Shown here piece after piece: positions 18,801 to 26,267 of a stretch of DNA of 63,842 nucleotides. Each line of letters opens with the position of its first letter. Positions within the stretch are counted from its first letter, which is position 1. The DNA is from a bacterium. GTDB lineage: Bacteria; Patescibacteriota; Minisyncoccia; UBA6257; GWB1-50-10. The notes beneath the pieces are model-generated. The model was not told the origin of the DNA, did no database searches, and was given only the letters and a program-made list of their open reading frames with translations. The position numbers were made by a program, and so were the translations under genes. The stretch is from the NCBI GenBank assembly GCA_027310365.1, contig DAIDAY010000002.1, positions 1 through 63,842 of the forward strand. Reading direction: 5' to 3'.

Positions 18801-18949
18801 GCGGAAGCGTCATGGTTGAGGCGGGAACTTCGGAGGAAACTGTTCAAGACCGTGCGCTTTCGGTTGAAACCGTCGCGGCAGCCCTGAGAGGACAAAAGGT
18901 GAAGAGAGTGATATATATAAAAGGAAAGATTATTAATCTGGTTATTTGA
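15893..18949 (+). CDS. leuS: leucine--tRNA ligase with an inserted Nudix-box domain
   Basis: LHVGN (HIGH-type), [12 protein letters not shown] editing domain, [36 protein letters not shown] and KMSKSKGN. At 1018 aa it is longer than typical bacterial LeuRS because of the insert at about 17057-17596. Confidence 0.95.
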   Translation: [1018 protein letters not shown]

Positions 18950-19234
18950 GACCCTAATTTCACAGTATGCTTCAAACTGCGTTTTCAACTATTTTCACGA
19001 TGCCACAAGGCGGAGCAAGGAAGCTGTGCTTCACAGAAGTCCAGCGACGCAGCTCCAACGCTGTGGATCGAGAAAAGAGCGAAAACCCTTCGGGATACGG
19101 CCAATTTCCCCGAATCGCTGCTTCGCTCTTCCTCGGTGCATCGTCAGAGATTAATACACCTTCGTCATTGCTCATTGCGCTCAGGGAGATTGGTCAGTAT
19201 CACAGTCGAAGATACTTTGAAAATAGGGTCTAGC

Positions 19235-20194
19235 ATGTGGAAAACCATCTTTTTTATCGTAGCGATCATTCTGGTCATTGTGGCGCTGGTTTTCGTCGTG
19301 CGGCAGGTGAGCAAAAGTGCGCAGTTTGAGAACCTCGGTTCTCTCTTCAAAATTAATTTCCGCAGTCCTTCGCAGTACAACAACGGCAAGGGAAGCGTTT
19401 CGGTAAGCCAAACGAATCAGACGCCGAGTTCCAGGAGCACCACGGGCACTCTCTCATCCCCGTCATCGGGGCAAACTCCCGGCGTCGCGATCCGGAACCA
19501 AAGCTCGATAACGCCGCCGGCGGGGTTCACCGCTGCCGACCTCTCGCCCTCCTACGGCCAGGTGCGAATCGGTTCTGTCTCGGTATCCTCCGGAAGTTAT
19601 GCCCTCAAACGCGTTTCTCTCAATGCTTCATACACTCTCAAGGACCCTGTCGACGTAACGGGATGGAAATTGCAGTCAAATAAAGGAGCTATGCCGATTC
19701 CTCAAGCGATCGACGACTTTGTTCCGCCCGGATTCGGAGACAAGAAAAACATCGTTTTCCCGAGCGGCGGCCGGCTGGACATCTATAATTCATACAGCCC
19801 CGTCAGCGCCAATCTCAGAATGAACCAATGCGCCGGCTATCTGAACAATACCTACCGGTTTATTCCGACGCTCCCATGCACTTCCGTAAGCCTATACCAG
19901 CGCTCGGATATATCCACTTTCCCCGGCGACTGCCAAAGCTTTATCCTTTCTTTGGGGAGCTGCCGCATACCGACGCCCCAGCAGTTGAATGCTTTCACCT
20001 ATGAATACGAATGCCGCGCATTCCTGGATCGGTTCAACTATGCGGGCTGCTACACTCTCGAAAGAAGTTCTCCTGATTTTTTCATGAACCAATGGCTCAT
20101 CTGGTCTCCTGGCGCTTGGCCGTTCGATCCCAGCCACGATCGCGTCCTCCTCTTAGATGCCAAGGGTCTTCTCGTTGACGAATACATCTACTAA
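19235..20194 (+). CDS. membrane-anchored secreted protein with a lamin-tail-like (LTD) segment
   Basis: ATG at 19235 (MWKTIFFIVAIILVIVALVFVV signal anchor), then a Ser/Thr/Pro linker, then VRIGSVSV...VSLNASYTLKDPVDVTGWKLQS, which resembles LTD domains. Six Cys in the C-terminal half. Confidence 0.55.
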   Translation: MWKTIFFIVAIILVIVALVFVVRQVSKSAQFENLGSLFKINFRSPSQYNNGKGSVSVSQTNQTPSSRSTTGTLSSPSSGQTPGVAIRNQSSITPPAGFTAADLSPSYGQVRIGSVSVSSGSYALKRVSLNASYTLKDPVDVTGWKLQSNKGAMPIPQAIDDFVPPGFGDKKNIVFPSGGRLDIYNSYSPVSANLRMNQCAGYLNNTYRFIPTLPCTSVSLYQRSDISTFPGDCQSFILSLGSCRIPTPQQLNAFTYEYECRAFLDRFNYAGCYTLERSSPDFFMNQWLIWSPGAWPFDPSHDRVLLLDAKGLLVDEYIY

Positions 20195-20235
20195 AAATGA
20201 CCGATGAGCTGCATGGCTTTCGTGTAGCGGGAGTT

Positions 20236-20254
20236 CCCCGCCTCACAGGCGGGG
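20236..20254. terminator. hairpin between convergent genes
   Basis: CCCCGCC-TCACA-GGCGGGG. Confidence 0.5.
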
Positions 20255-20300
20255 AGTTTCATTGGAAATGAGAGCAATGAGAATAGCGGGAACTGAAGCT

Positions 20301-21356
20301 CTATTTCCGTTCGGCGAGCGTTACGGTGGCTTCCAGTTTCTCTTTGCCGCGGAGGAATTTCAATTTCACGTTGTCCCCGACCTTCGACTGGTCGAGCATA
20401 TCCTGGACAGAATCGCTCGTGAGGTGCTCACCGTTCCACTCGATGATGATGTCGTTTTCTTTGATACCGGCGATGTCCGCCGGACTTCCCGTTACCACAG
20501 CTTCATCCATGGGGTGCTCCTTCGTGACGTACACGCCATAGTCGACGGGAAGGGACATTTTTTCCATCATGTTCTTGTCGATCGTGACATAGCGGATGCC
20601 GAGGAGCGGCCGCTTGATTCTGCCGAACTTTTTTAAATCGTCGACATCGCGCTTCGCCGTGTTGATCGGTATGGCGAAGTTGATGTTTTGCGCTCCGGCC
20701 ACCACCGCCGCATTGATGCCGACGACATACCCTTTCAAATCAACCAAAGGACCGCCGGAGTTTCCCGGATTGATGGCCGCATCGGTTTGAATAAGGCCGC
20801 GCAGTTCTTGAATCGGTTCGCGGGGATCTGGTTTTGCTTTCACGGATCGCGAGAGTCCGGAGATGATTCCCATCGAAACCGTATTCTTGAAAATGCCTAA
20901 GGCATTGCCAATTGCCAAAACCGTCTGTCCTAACTCGACGTTCGAAGAATTGCCGAGTTTGAGGAAGGGAAAATATTCTCCGTGTTCGGGGAAGATTTTC
21001 AAGATGGCGACGTCATTGATTGGATCCCGCGCGAGAAGTTCCGCTTCGAAAACCTCCCCTTTGTCTGTGATTGCTTTGTAGGTAACCTTTGATTCCGCGA
21101 TGACGTGCTTGTTGGTAAGAATGATTCCTTTCTCGTCGACAAAAAATCCCGAACCGCCGCCGATCTCGACAGTGCCGTCGGCATTGATCTTGTCCTTGGG
21201 TATCTCATTTCTTTTCTTCGATTTCTTCCCGTATGATTCGTTCGATAACCCCAATTCTTTTTTTAGGTCCTCCACGTCCTTGGAGAGAACGATGGAAACC
21301 ACGGCCGGCATGGTCTTTTTGATGATTCTAATGGTTTTTGCGTCGTTGCCGAGCAT
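20301..21356 (-). CDS. htrA: HtrA/DegP-family serine protease with a PDZ domain
   Basis: GSGFFVDEKGIILTNKHV (His), GNSGGPL (Ser), and a C-terminal PDZ-like IAGIKENDIIIEWNG. Confidence 0.92.
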   Translation of the reverse strand: MLGNDAKTIRIIKKTMPAVVSIVLSKDVEDLKKELGLSNESYGKKSKKRNEIPKDKINADGTVEIGGGSGFFVDEKGIILTNKHVIAESKVTYKAITDKGEVFEAELLARDPINDVAILKIFPEHGEYFPFLKLGNSSNVELGQTVLAIGNALGIFKNTVSMGIISGLSRSVKAKPDPREPIQELRGLIQTDAAINPGNSGGPLVDLKGYVVGINAAVVAGAQNINFAIPINTAKRDVDDLKKFGRIKRPLLGIRYVTIDKNMMEKMSLPVDYGVYVTKEHPMDEAVVTGSPADIAGIKENDIIIEWNGEHLTSDSVQDMLDQSKVGDNVKLKFLRGKEKLEATVTLAERK

Positions 21357-21451
21357 GTGTTCATTTTACCCCCCATCTCATAAAGATTAAGTGCGCGCCG
21401 GAAGATGTGGATTTTCATTGGGTTCGATGGGAGAGTACCCAAGGAGCAAAA

Positions 21452-21483
21452 AATAATCGCCCCCCGTAAGGGGGACGATTATT
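21452..21483 (-). terminator. rho-independent terminator (minus strand)
   Basis: The minus-strand RNA reads AATAATCGUCCCCC-UUAC-GGGGGGCGAUUAUU followed by UUUUG. The stem is 14 bp with one G-U pair. Confidence 0.8.
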
Positions 21484-21491
21484 GAGCATGA

Positions 21492-21554
21492 TTATCTTCT
21501 CTTGCTCTTCTTGGCCTTCTTCGAAGACTTCTTTGCCTTCTTTTTTGCTGCCAT
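21492..21554 (-). CDS. candidate 20-aa lysine-rich micro-ORF
   Basis: ATG GCA GCA AAA AAG AAG GCA AAG AAG TCT TCG AAG AAG GCC AAG AAG AGC AAG AGA AGA TAA translates to MAAKKKAKKSSKKAKKSKRR. The stop lies 8 nt before the strong terminator. Below the track's size cut-off. Confidence 0.35.
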   Translation of the reverse strand: MAAKKKAKKSSKKAKKSKRR

Positions 21555-21731
21555 TGTTTTTTGTTTTTGCTTTAAGTCGTGATGTTGGATTGTCGACTCT
21601 CCAATCGCGTCAGACTCTTTTCTCTATATCTTTATTATAGAGTTTTCATTCGAAAAAAATCTGTGGATAACTATTTTCTCATGAAATATCTCCCCGCTCA
21701 GGCTGTCTCGAAAAAAATTATGGTTCGCCGA

Positions 21732-21827
21732 GGATATGATGTCGCGGCATTGAGGATCATCGCCGAAGAGGCTGGCGGGAAGGCCACGGACTTGAATGGA
21801 AAGGAGCAGCGGTATAACGAAGACGAC
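21732..21827 (+). pseudogene. C-terminal remnant of an inositol-monophosphatase-family gene
   Basis: GYDVAALRIIAEEAGGKATDLNGKEQRYNEDD matches the conserved WDxAAGxxIxxEAGGxxTDxxG C-terminal motif. No upstream IMPase sequence exists in any frame. Confidence 0.55.
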
Positions 21828-21978
21828 ACAGGCTCCACACCGAGATCTTGTCGCGCGTCCAAGATGGGAAATTTAAAAAAACGAACCGCACGGTGGGTAC
21901 TGTGCGGTTGTCGATGAAACTTGTGTGTTCTCTATTTGCCGTCTCGGTAAACTTGAGTTTCGAGGCGAGGAACATCGC

Positions 21979-22188
21979 CTAACCGTGGACTCGGTTTGGA
22001 GCCGAGTCGGATTCGGATTTTTCCGTGAACTCGTCCCAAGCGCTTTTGTAGCCATCTTTCTTGTCGCTTTCGGCGAGCGCGATGAGACGATCCCAGTCTG
22101 CTTCTACTTCTGCTATGTTTTCCGGCGGAACAAGAAGCTTGTGGAGTAGGTTGAGCTTCGCTTCAAGCAGTTCATTAAATGCAGCCAT
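21979..22188 (-). CDS. hypothetical small acidic protein (69 aa)
   Basis: ATG preceded by GAAGGAG. Acidic, predicted-helical sequence translationally coupled to the upstream gene. Confidence 0.5.
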   Translation of the reverse strand: MAAFNELLEAKLNLLHKLLVPPENIAEVEADWDRLIALAESDKKDGYKSAWDEFTEKSESDSAPNRVHG

Positions 22189-22190
22189 TT

Positions 22191-22997
22191 TTACTCCTTC
22201 TTTCTCATTTTTTCAATGACATCCCGTATTTCCTTGGGTAAATCCTTCGCATTGATGGCGATCCCGAGAACGCCGTGACCCTTTATCTCTTCAACAAGCC
22301 GGCTGAACATTTCTTGGATTCTGCCTGCCATCTCCGCTCCGGTGGTCTCTTCCGCATCCTTCTTTACCATATGGAGAATGATGCGGAAAATCTTAAAGCG
22401 ATCGAAGAGCGATGACTGCCGGTCCATGATATTCCAGAGAGCAACCGCGAGGGCAGTTTCGTCGCTGGAACCGCGATTCAGAAGGTTCATGATGAGAGCC
22501 GTCTCTTCGCGTTCGTTGGCGAGGCTGCCGTCTTCGGCAGGTGCGGCTGCCGGGGATTCGTCGAGGTCATCAATGAAATAGATGTCGTCCGGGATGCGGG
22601 TATAGGGTGTGTGGCTGTCTCTCAAAAGCGCGGTCAGAAAGAAATCTCTCTCATCGTCTTTTTCGAAACGCTTTTGATACGCCCATACTTTCTCTGCGAG
22701 GTACTCTTCCGTTGGGTTGTGTTTGATCCACACGTGAAAGACCTTGAGGGCATCGGTCAAGATGGTTTCACTGAGTTCCTGAAATCGCTCATTGGTCATC
22801 CTGCGCCCTTTATCTGTGAAATCACTCTCGAGTGCAAGGTGACTGGTGCGTAGTACGAATGCCAAGAGCGGTATCTGATCCGCTTCGGGTGCTGCGTCAA
22901 GTATGTCGATGATCTTGCTTGCCTTCTCGGTAGTGAGTTCAAAACTGCCGCCCAATATGTCGAGCAGCAGCTGCTCGATTTCCTTTCTGTCGTTCAT
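22191..22997 (-). CDS. hypothetical acidic protein (268 aa)
   Basis: Long open frame with a clean ATG. Asp/Glu-rich, and no recognisable motif. Confidence 0.6.
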   Translation of the reverse strand: MNDRKEIEQLLLDILGGSFELTTEKASKIIDILDAAPEADQIPLLAFVLRTSHLALESDFTDKGRRMTNERFQELSETILTDALKVFHVWIKHNPTEEYLAEKVWAYQKRFEKDDERDFFLTALLRDSHTPYTRIPDDIYFIDDLDESPAAAPAEDGSLANEREETALIMNLLNRGSSDETALAVALWNIMDRQSSLFDRFKIFRIILHMVKKDAEETTGAEMAGRIQEMFSRLVEEIKGHGVLGIAINAKDLPKEIRDVIEKMRKKE

Positions 22998-23165
22998 AAA
23001 AACCTCCTTTTTGGATTTCCGTCACTATTCTTTGTAACAATGAACACTGAGAACAAAATAATAAATTATTTATCTTGAGATGTCAATGGCATGTGTGAAG
23101 ATGACACCCGTTGAGTCTACGATACCGGACATCGTAAGATTGGCTTTGTGGTATGATAAAACAAT

Positions 23166-24104
23166 ATGAAATTCAAAAAAGCAGTTTTGATAAAAATCGC
23201 GGATACGCACCTTGACCCCAAGTATTGGGGCGAGATCGACGCTTTGGTCGAAAAGAGGGTATCCCTTGACGTTGATGATCCGAAATTGAAGGAAGAGTTG
23301 AAAGATTGTGATTGTCTCTTGGTCGGTTTCCAGATTCCCATTGACGAAGACATCATCGCTGCCGCGCCGAACTTGAAATACATCGGCATCCTCGCGACGG
23401 CGTACGGCATCGTCGATCTTGCCGCGGCGGCCAAACGAAACATCCCCGTCTGCAACCTCGGCGGATACAGCACGGAATCCGTCGCGGAGTTTGTGATCGC
23501 GGCGCTCCTCCACGAGATGCGGGGCATCAAAGAAGGTTTGAAGCGTTCCGAGTTGGGTAACTACAGTTTCGAGGGGATGTGCGCCCGGGAACTGAAAGGC
23601 AGCGACTTTGGTGTCATTGGTCTCGGGAATATCGGGAGGCGCGTCGCGGAACTCGCGGCGGGTTTCGGTGCCAACGTCAGTTATTGGTCCCGCACGAAAA
23701 AAGAATCCCCATTCCAGTACCGGGAACTCGATGATCTTTTGAGCCATTCAACCTTTATCTCCGTGAACGTCGCGGAGTCGGAAGGAACAAAGGCGCTCCT
23801 GAATGCCGAAAACCTGCCGCTCATGAAACCGGGGAGTATCCTTGTGAGTACGGTTCCGCCGACGGTCATCAATACGGATGCGCTGGTTGCCCGGCTTTCG
23901 AAGAACGACATGACGTTCGTTTTTGATCATCCGGACGAAATGCCGAAGGAAGAACTTGCGAAGCTTGTAAGGTTCAAGAACTGCGTTACCTATCCACCCA
24001 TCGCGTTCATAAGCGACGAGGCGCGAATCGCCAAGCAGGAAATATTTGTCGGGAACATGGCCGACTTTCTCGAAGGCAAAGCTCCGAGGAATAAAGTCAA
24101 CTGA
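23166..24104 (+). CDS. D-isomer-specific 2-hydroxyacid dehydrogenase family protein
   Basis: GVIGLGNIGRRVAELAAGFGANV Rossmann motif, with the catalytic-domain layout typical of PGDH/GDH-like enzymes. Confidence 0.85.
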   Translation: MKFKKAVLIKIADTHLDPKYWGEIDALVEKRVSLDVDDPKLKEELKDCDCLLVGFQIPIDEDIIAAAPNLKYIGILATAYGIVDLAAAAKRNIPVCNLGGYSTESVAEFVIAALLHEMRGIKEGLKRSELGNYSFEGMCARELKGSDFGVIGLGNIGRRVAELAAGFGANVSYWSRTKKESPFQYRELDDLLSHSTFISVNVAESEGTKALLNAENLPLMKPGSILVSTVPPTVINTDALVARLSKNDMTFVFDHPDEMPKEELAKLVRFKNCVTYPPIAFISDEARIAKQEIFVGNMADFLEGKAPRNKVN

Positions 24105-24127
24105 AGGTAGTGGAGTACAATAGAATC

Positions 24128-24700
24128 ATGGCGACGAACGTTCTCATCTTCCACGGTACGGAAGGATACCCCGGGGAGAATTGGTTTCCTTGGATGAAGG
24201 CGGAGCTCGAAAAGCACGGCTGCAAGGTTTTCGTTCCTCAATTTCCGTCGCCGCCCGTCGTGCCCGCGAAGATCGGCGAGTGGTTCGACGTGCTGAAGGA
24301 ATACGAGCAATATATCAACAAACAAACAATCCTCATCGGCCACAGTTTGGGAGGCAAGTTCCTTCTGCGGGTACTGGAGAAACTAAATCATCCGGTCAGA
24401 GCCGTCTTCTTCGTCGGAACGCCCATCGGCATTCCGCCCATCGCGAACAACGATCGGGACAACGCTTTCACAGGAAATGATTTCGCTTGGGACAACATTA
24501 AGAAGAAGGCGGAATATTTCGGCGTCTTCCAGTCGGACAACGATCCGTACGTCGGCCTTAGTAACGGCAAGGAGCTCGCAAAGCATCTCGGCGTCGAGCT
24601 TTTCTTCGTACCGAACGCGGGCCATTTCAACACGGCCGCCGGTTATACGAAATTCGAGGCCTTGTGTGATCGGGTGCTCGGAGTTCTCGTGAATTCCTAA
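24128..24700 (+). CDS. alpha/beta serine hydrolase (YdeN/RBBP9-like)
   Basis: The track ORF starts at a GTG (24110); the first ATG is at 24128. LIFHGTEG...NWFPW and the GHSLGG nucleophile elbow. Confidence 0.75.
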   Translation: MATNVLIFHGTEGYPGENWFPWMKAELEKHGCKVFVPQFPSPPVVPAKIGEWFDVLKEYEQYINKQTILIGHSLGGKFLLRVLEKLNHPVRAVFFVGTPIGIPPIANNDRDNAFTGNDFAWDNIKKKAEYFGVFQSDNDPYVGLSNGKELAKHLGVELFFVPNAGHFNTAAGYTKFEALCDRVLGVLVNS

Positions 24701-24778
24701 GCCCTTCCCCTCGGCGCGAAAGTGAAATTGAAGGCGGCGGGGTAGGTGAGGGGCTGTGTATAACTTTTGACATTGGTA

Positions 24779-24813
24779 TTGACAAATATTCTGACATGAG
24801 CTATCTTGATAGC
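24779..24813 (+). promoter_or_regulatory. promoter with an overlapping palindromic operator upstream of the TA pair
   Basis: TTGACA (24779-24784), a 17-nt spacer, then TATCTT (24802-24807). The perfect inverted repeat GCTATC-TT-GATAGC (24800-24813) overlaps the -10. Confidence 0.5.
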
Positions 24814-24839
24814 AAAGTCGAGATAATTCCTATTAGGCT

Positions 24840-25613
24840 ATGCTTTCAAAATTTATCCAACGACTGCGAGAAGAACGGGGCTTCACGCAGGAGTTTTTGG
24901 CGTCGAAACTTGGCATTTCCCGCCCGACATATATACAGATTGAAAGAGGAGAGCGAGATTTAACTGTTACTGAGGCGCAAAAGCTTGCAGATGTTTTTGG
25001 TATTACTCTTGAAAATTTTCTCGCACAAAAGGCGCCGAAGCATGAAGTTGTTATCGAACGTGGTAAAAAAATATCAGACGATTCAGCCGATCTCAAGATT
25101 CGTATCATGGAAAAGAACCTCGAGAAATTTAAGCAGGTGCTTTTATATATTCTAGAGAAAGTGGGAAGCAAACCGAATGTCGGCGAAACCGTGTTGCATA
25201 AGCTTCTTTACTTTATTGACTTCGATTATTACGAGAAATTCGAAGAGAATCTGATGGGGGCGACGTACATCAAAAACCATCACGGGCCGACATCGGTCGA
25301 GCTTGGAACCGTCATTGAAGATATGGAGAAGAGCGGCGAGCTTGAGGGGGTAAAAAGCCAGTACTTTAAATATGAACAGAAAAAATACCTGCCGCGGAAG
25401 CATCCCAATCTCAATATTCTTTCCGCGCGAGAGGTTGAACATATTGATGATGTGCTCGCGCGGCTTTCAGACAAGAATGCCAAAGAGATAGAAAATTATT
25501 CACACGAGGACATCCCATGGAAATCCGCGGAGGACGGCAAGCCACTCTCCTACGAAAGTGTCTTTTATCGTGATGAGAAATACTCCGTGAGGAACTATAG
25601 CGATGAACTTTGA
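24840..25613 (+). CDS. XRE-HTH plus DUF4065 (Panacea/SocA-like) antitoxin
   Basis: The N-terminus LREERGFTQEFLASKLGISRPTYIQIERGERDLTVTEAQKLADVFG is an XRE HTH. The C-terminus VLHKLLYFIDFDYYEKFEENLMGATYIKNHHGPTS matches the recalled DUF4065 pattern. Confidence 0.75.
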   Translation: MLSKFIQRLREERGFTQEFLASKLGISRPTYIQIERGERDLTVTEAQKLADVFGITLENFLAQKAPKHEVVIERGKKISDDSADLKIRIMEKNLEKFKQVLLYILEKVGSKPNVGETVLHKLLYFIDFDYYEKFEENLMGATYIKNHHGPTSVELGTVIEDMEKSGELEGVKSQYFKYEQKKYLPRKHPNLNILSAREVEHIDDVLARLSDKNAKEIENYSHEDIPWKSAEDGKPLSYESVFYRDEKYSVRNYSDEL

Positions 25614-25941
25614 TGAACTGCCAGAATTTCAAAAAGAGTTCAAGCGACTCGCCAAAAAATATCAGTCGCTGCCTGACGATATCCAGGAATTCAAGAAAGT
25701 CGTTTCGGTTATTCCTCTCGGCAACAGCAAGCACTTCAATATCATCACTCAGAATGAAACTTTCTGCGTCATAAAAGCGCGGTTGTTTTGTCGCTATCTC
25801 AAGGGTTCATCGCTCCGAGTAATCTACGCCTACCACGAAAAAGAACAACGGATTGATTTTATTGAACTGTATTTCAAGGGCGATAAGGAAAATGAAGATC
25901 GTGAGAGAATTAAAGAATATCTCGAAAGGGAAAAATTATAA
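25603..25941 (+). CDS. RelE/ParE-superfamily (Gp49/HigB-like) toxin
   Basis: Overlaps the antitoxin by 11 nt. FQKEFKRLAKKY...IKARLFCRYLKGSSLRVIYAYHEKEQRIDFIELYFKGDKEN follows the RelE/Gp49 fold pattern. Confidence 0.65.
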   Translation: MNFDELPEFQKEFKRLAKKYQSLPDDIQEFKKVVSVIPLGNSKHFNIITQNETFCVIKARLFCRYLKGSSLRVIYAYHEKEQRIDFIELYFKGDKENEDRERIKEYLEREKL

Positions 25942-25949
25942 CACCGATT

Positions 25950-26204
25950 ATGGCTAGCGCAAAATGTAAAATCTGTGGGGCGATGATAATTGCCAGTATG
26001 GGTTTGACCGTGGCTATGGAGTCGCTTCCCGCCATCTGCAGAAACTGCGATGCAAAACTACAACATCCGCCGGAGGAGAACACCTTAGTAAAAATAATCA
26101 CCGTATCAACAACAGGGACCACGGCATTTTTGGCAGCCGCCTCGGGCTTTACCCTGAACTCGAATCAAGATATTTACAGCCAGTGGCATCAGGTTATTGA
26201 ATAA
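25950..26204 (+). CDS. hypothetical zinc-ribbon-like protein (84 aa)
   Basis: CKIC...CRNC Cys pairs flanking a hydrophobic segment. Confidence 0.4.
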   Translation: MASAKCKICGAMIIASMGLTVAMESLPAICRNCDAKLQHPPEENTLVKIITVSTTGTTAFLAAASGFTLNSNQDIYSQWHQVIE

Positions 26205-26267
26205 CCCCGCAACTCTCCAGAAGGTCTTAAGCTAAAGTGCGTATGTCTCATTGAATTTAGACTGTCT

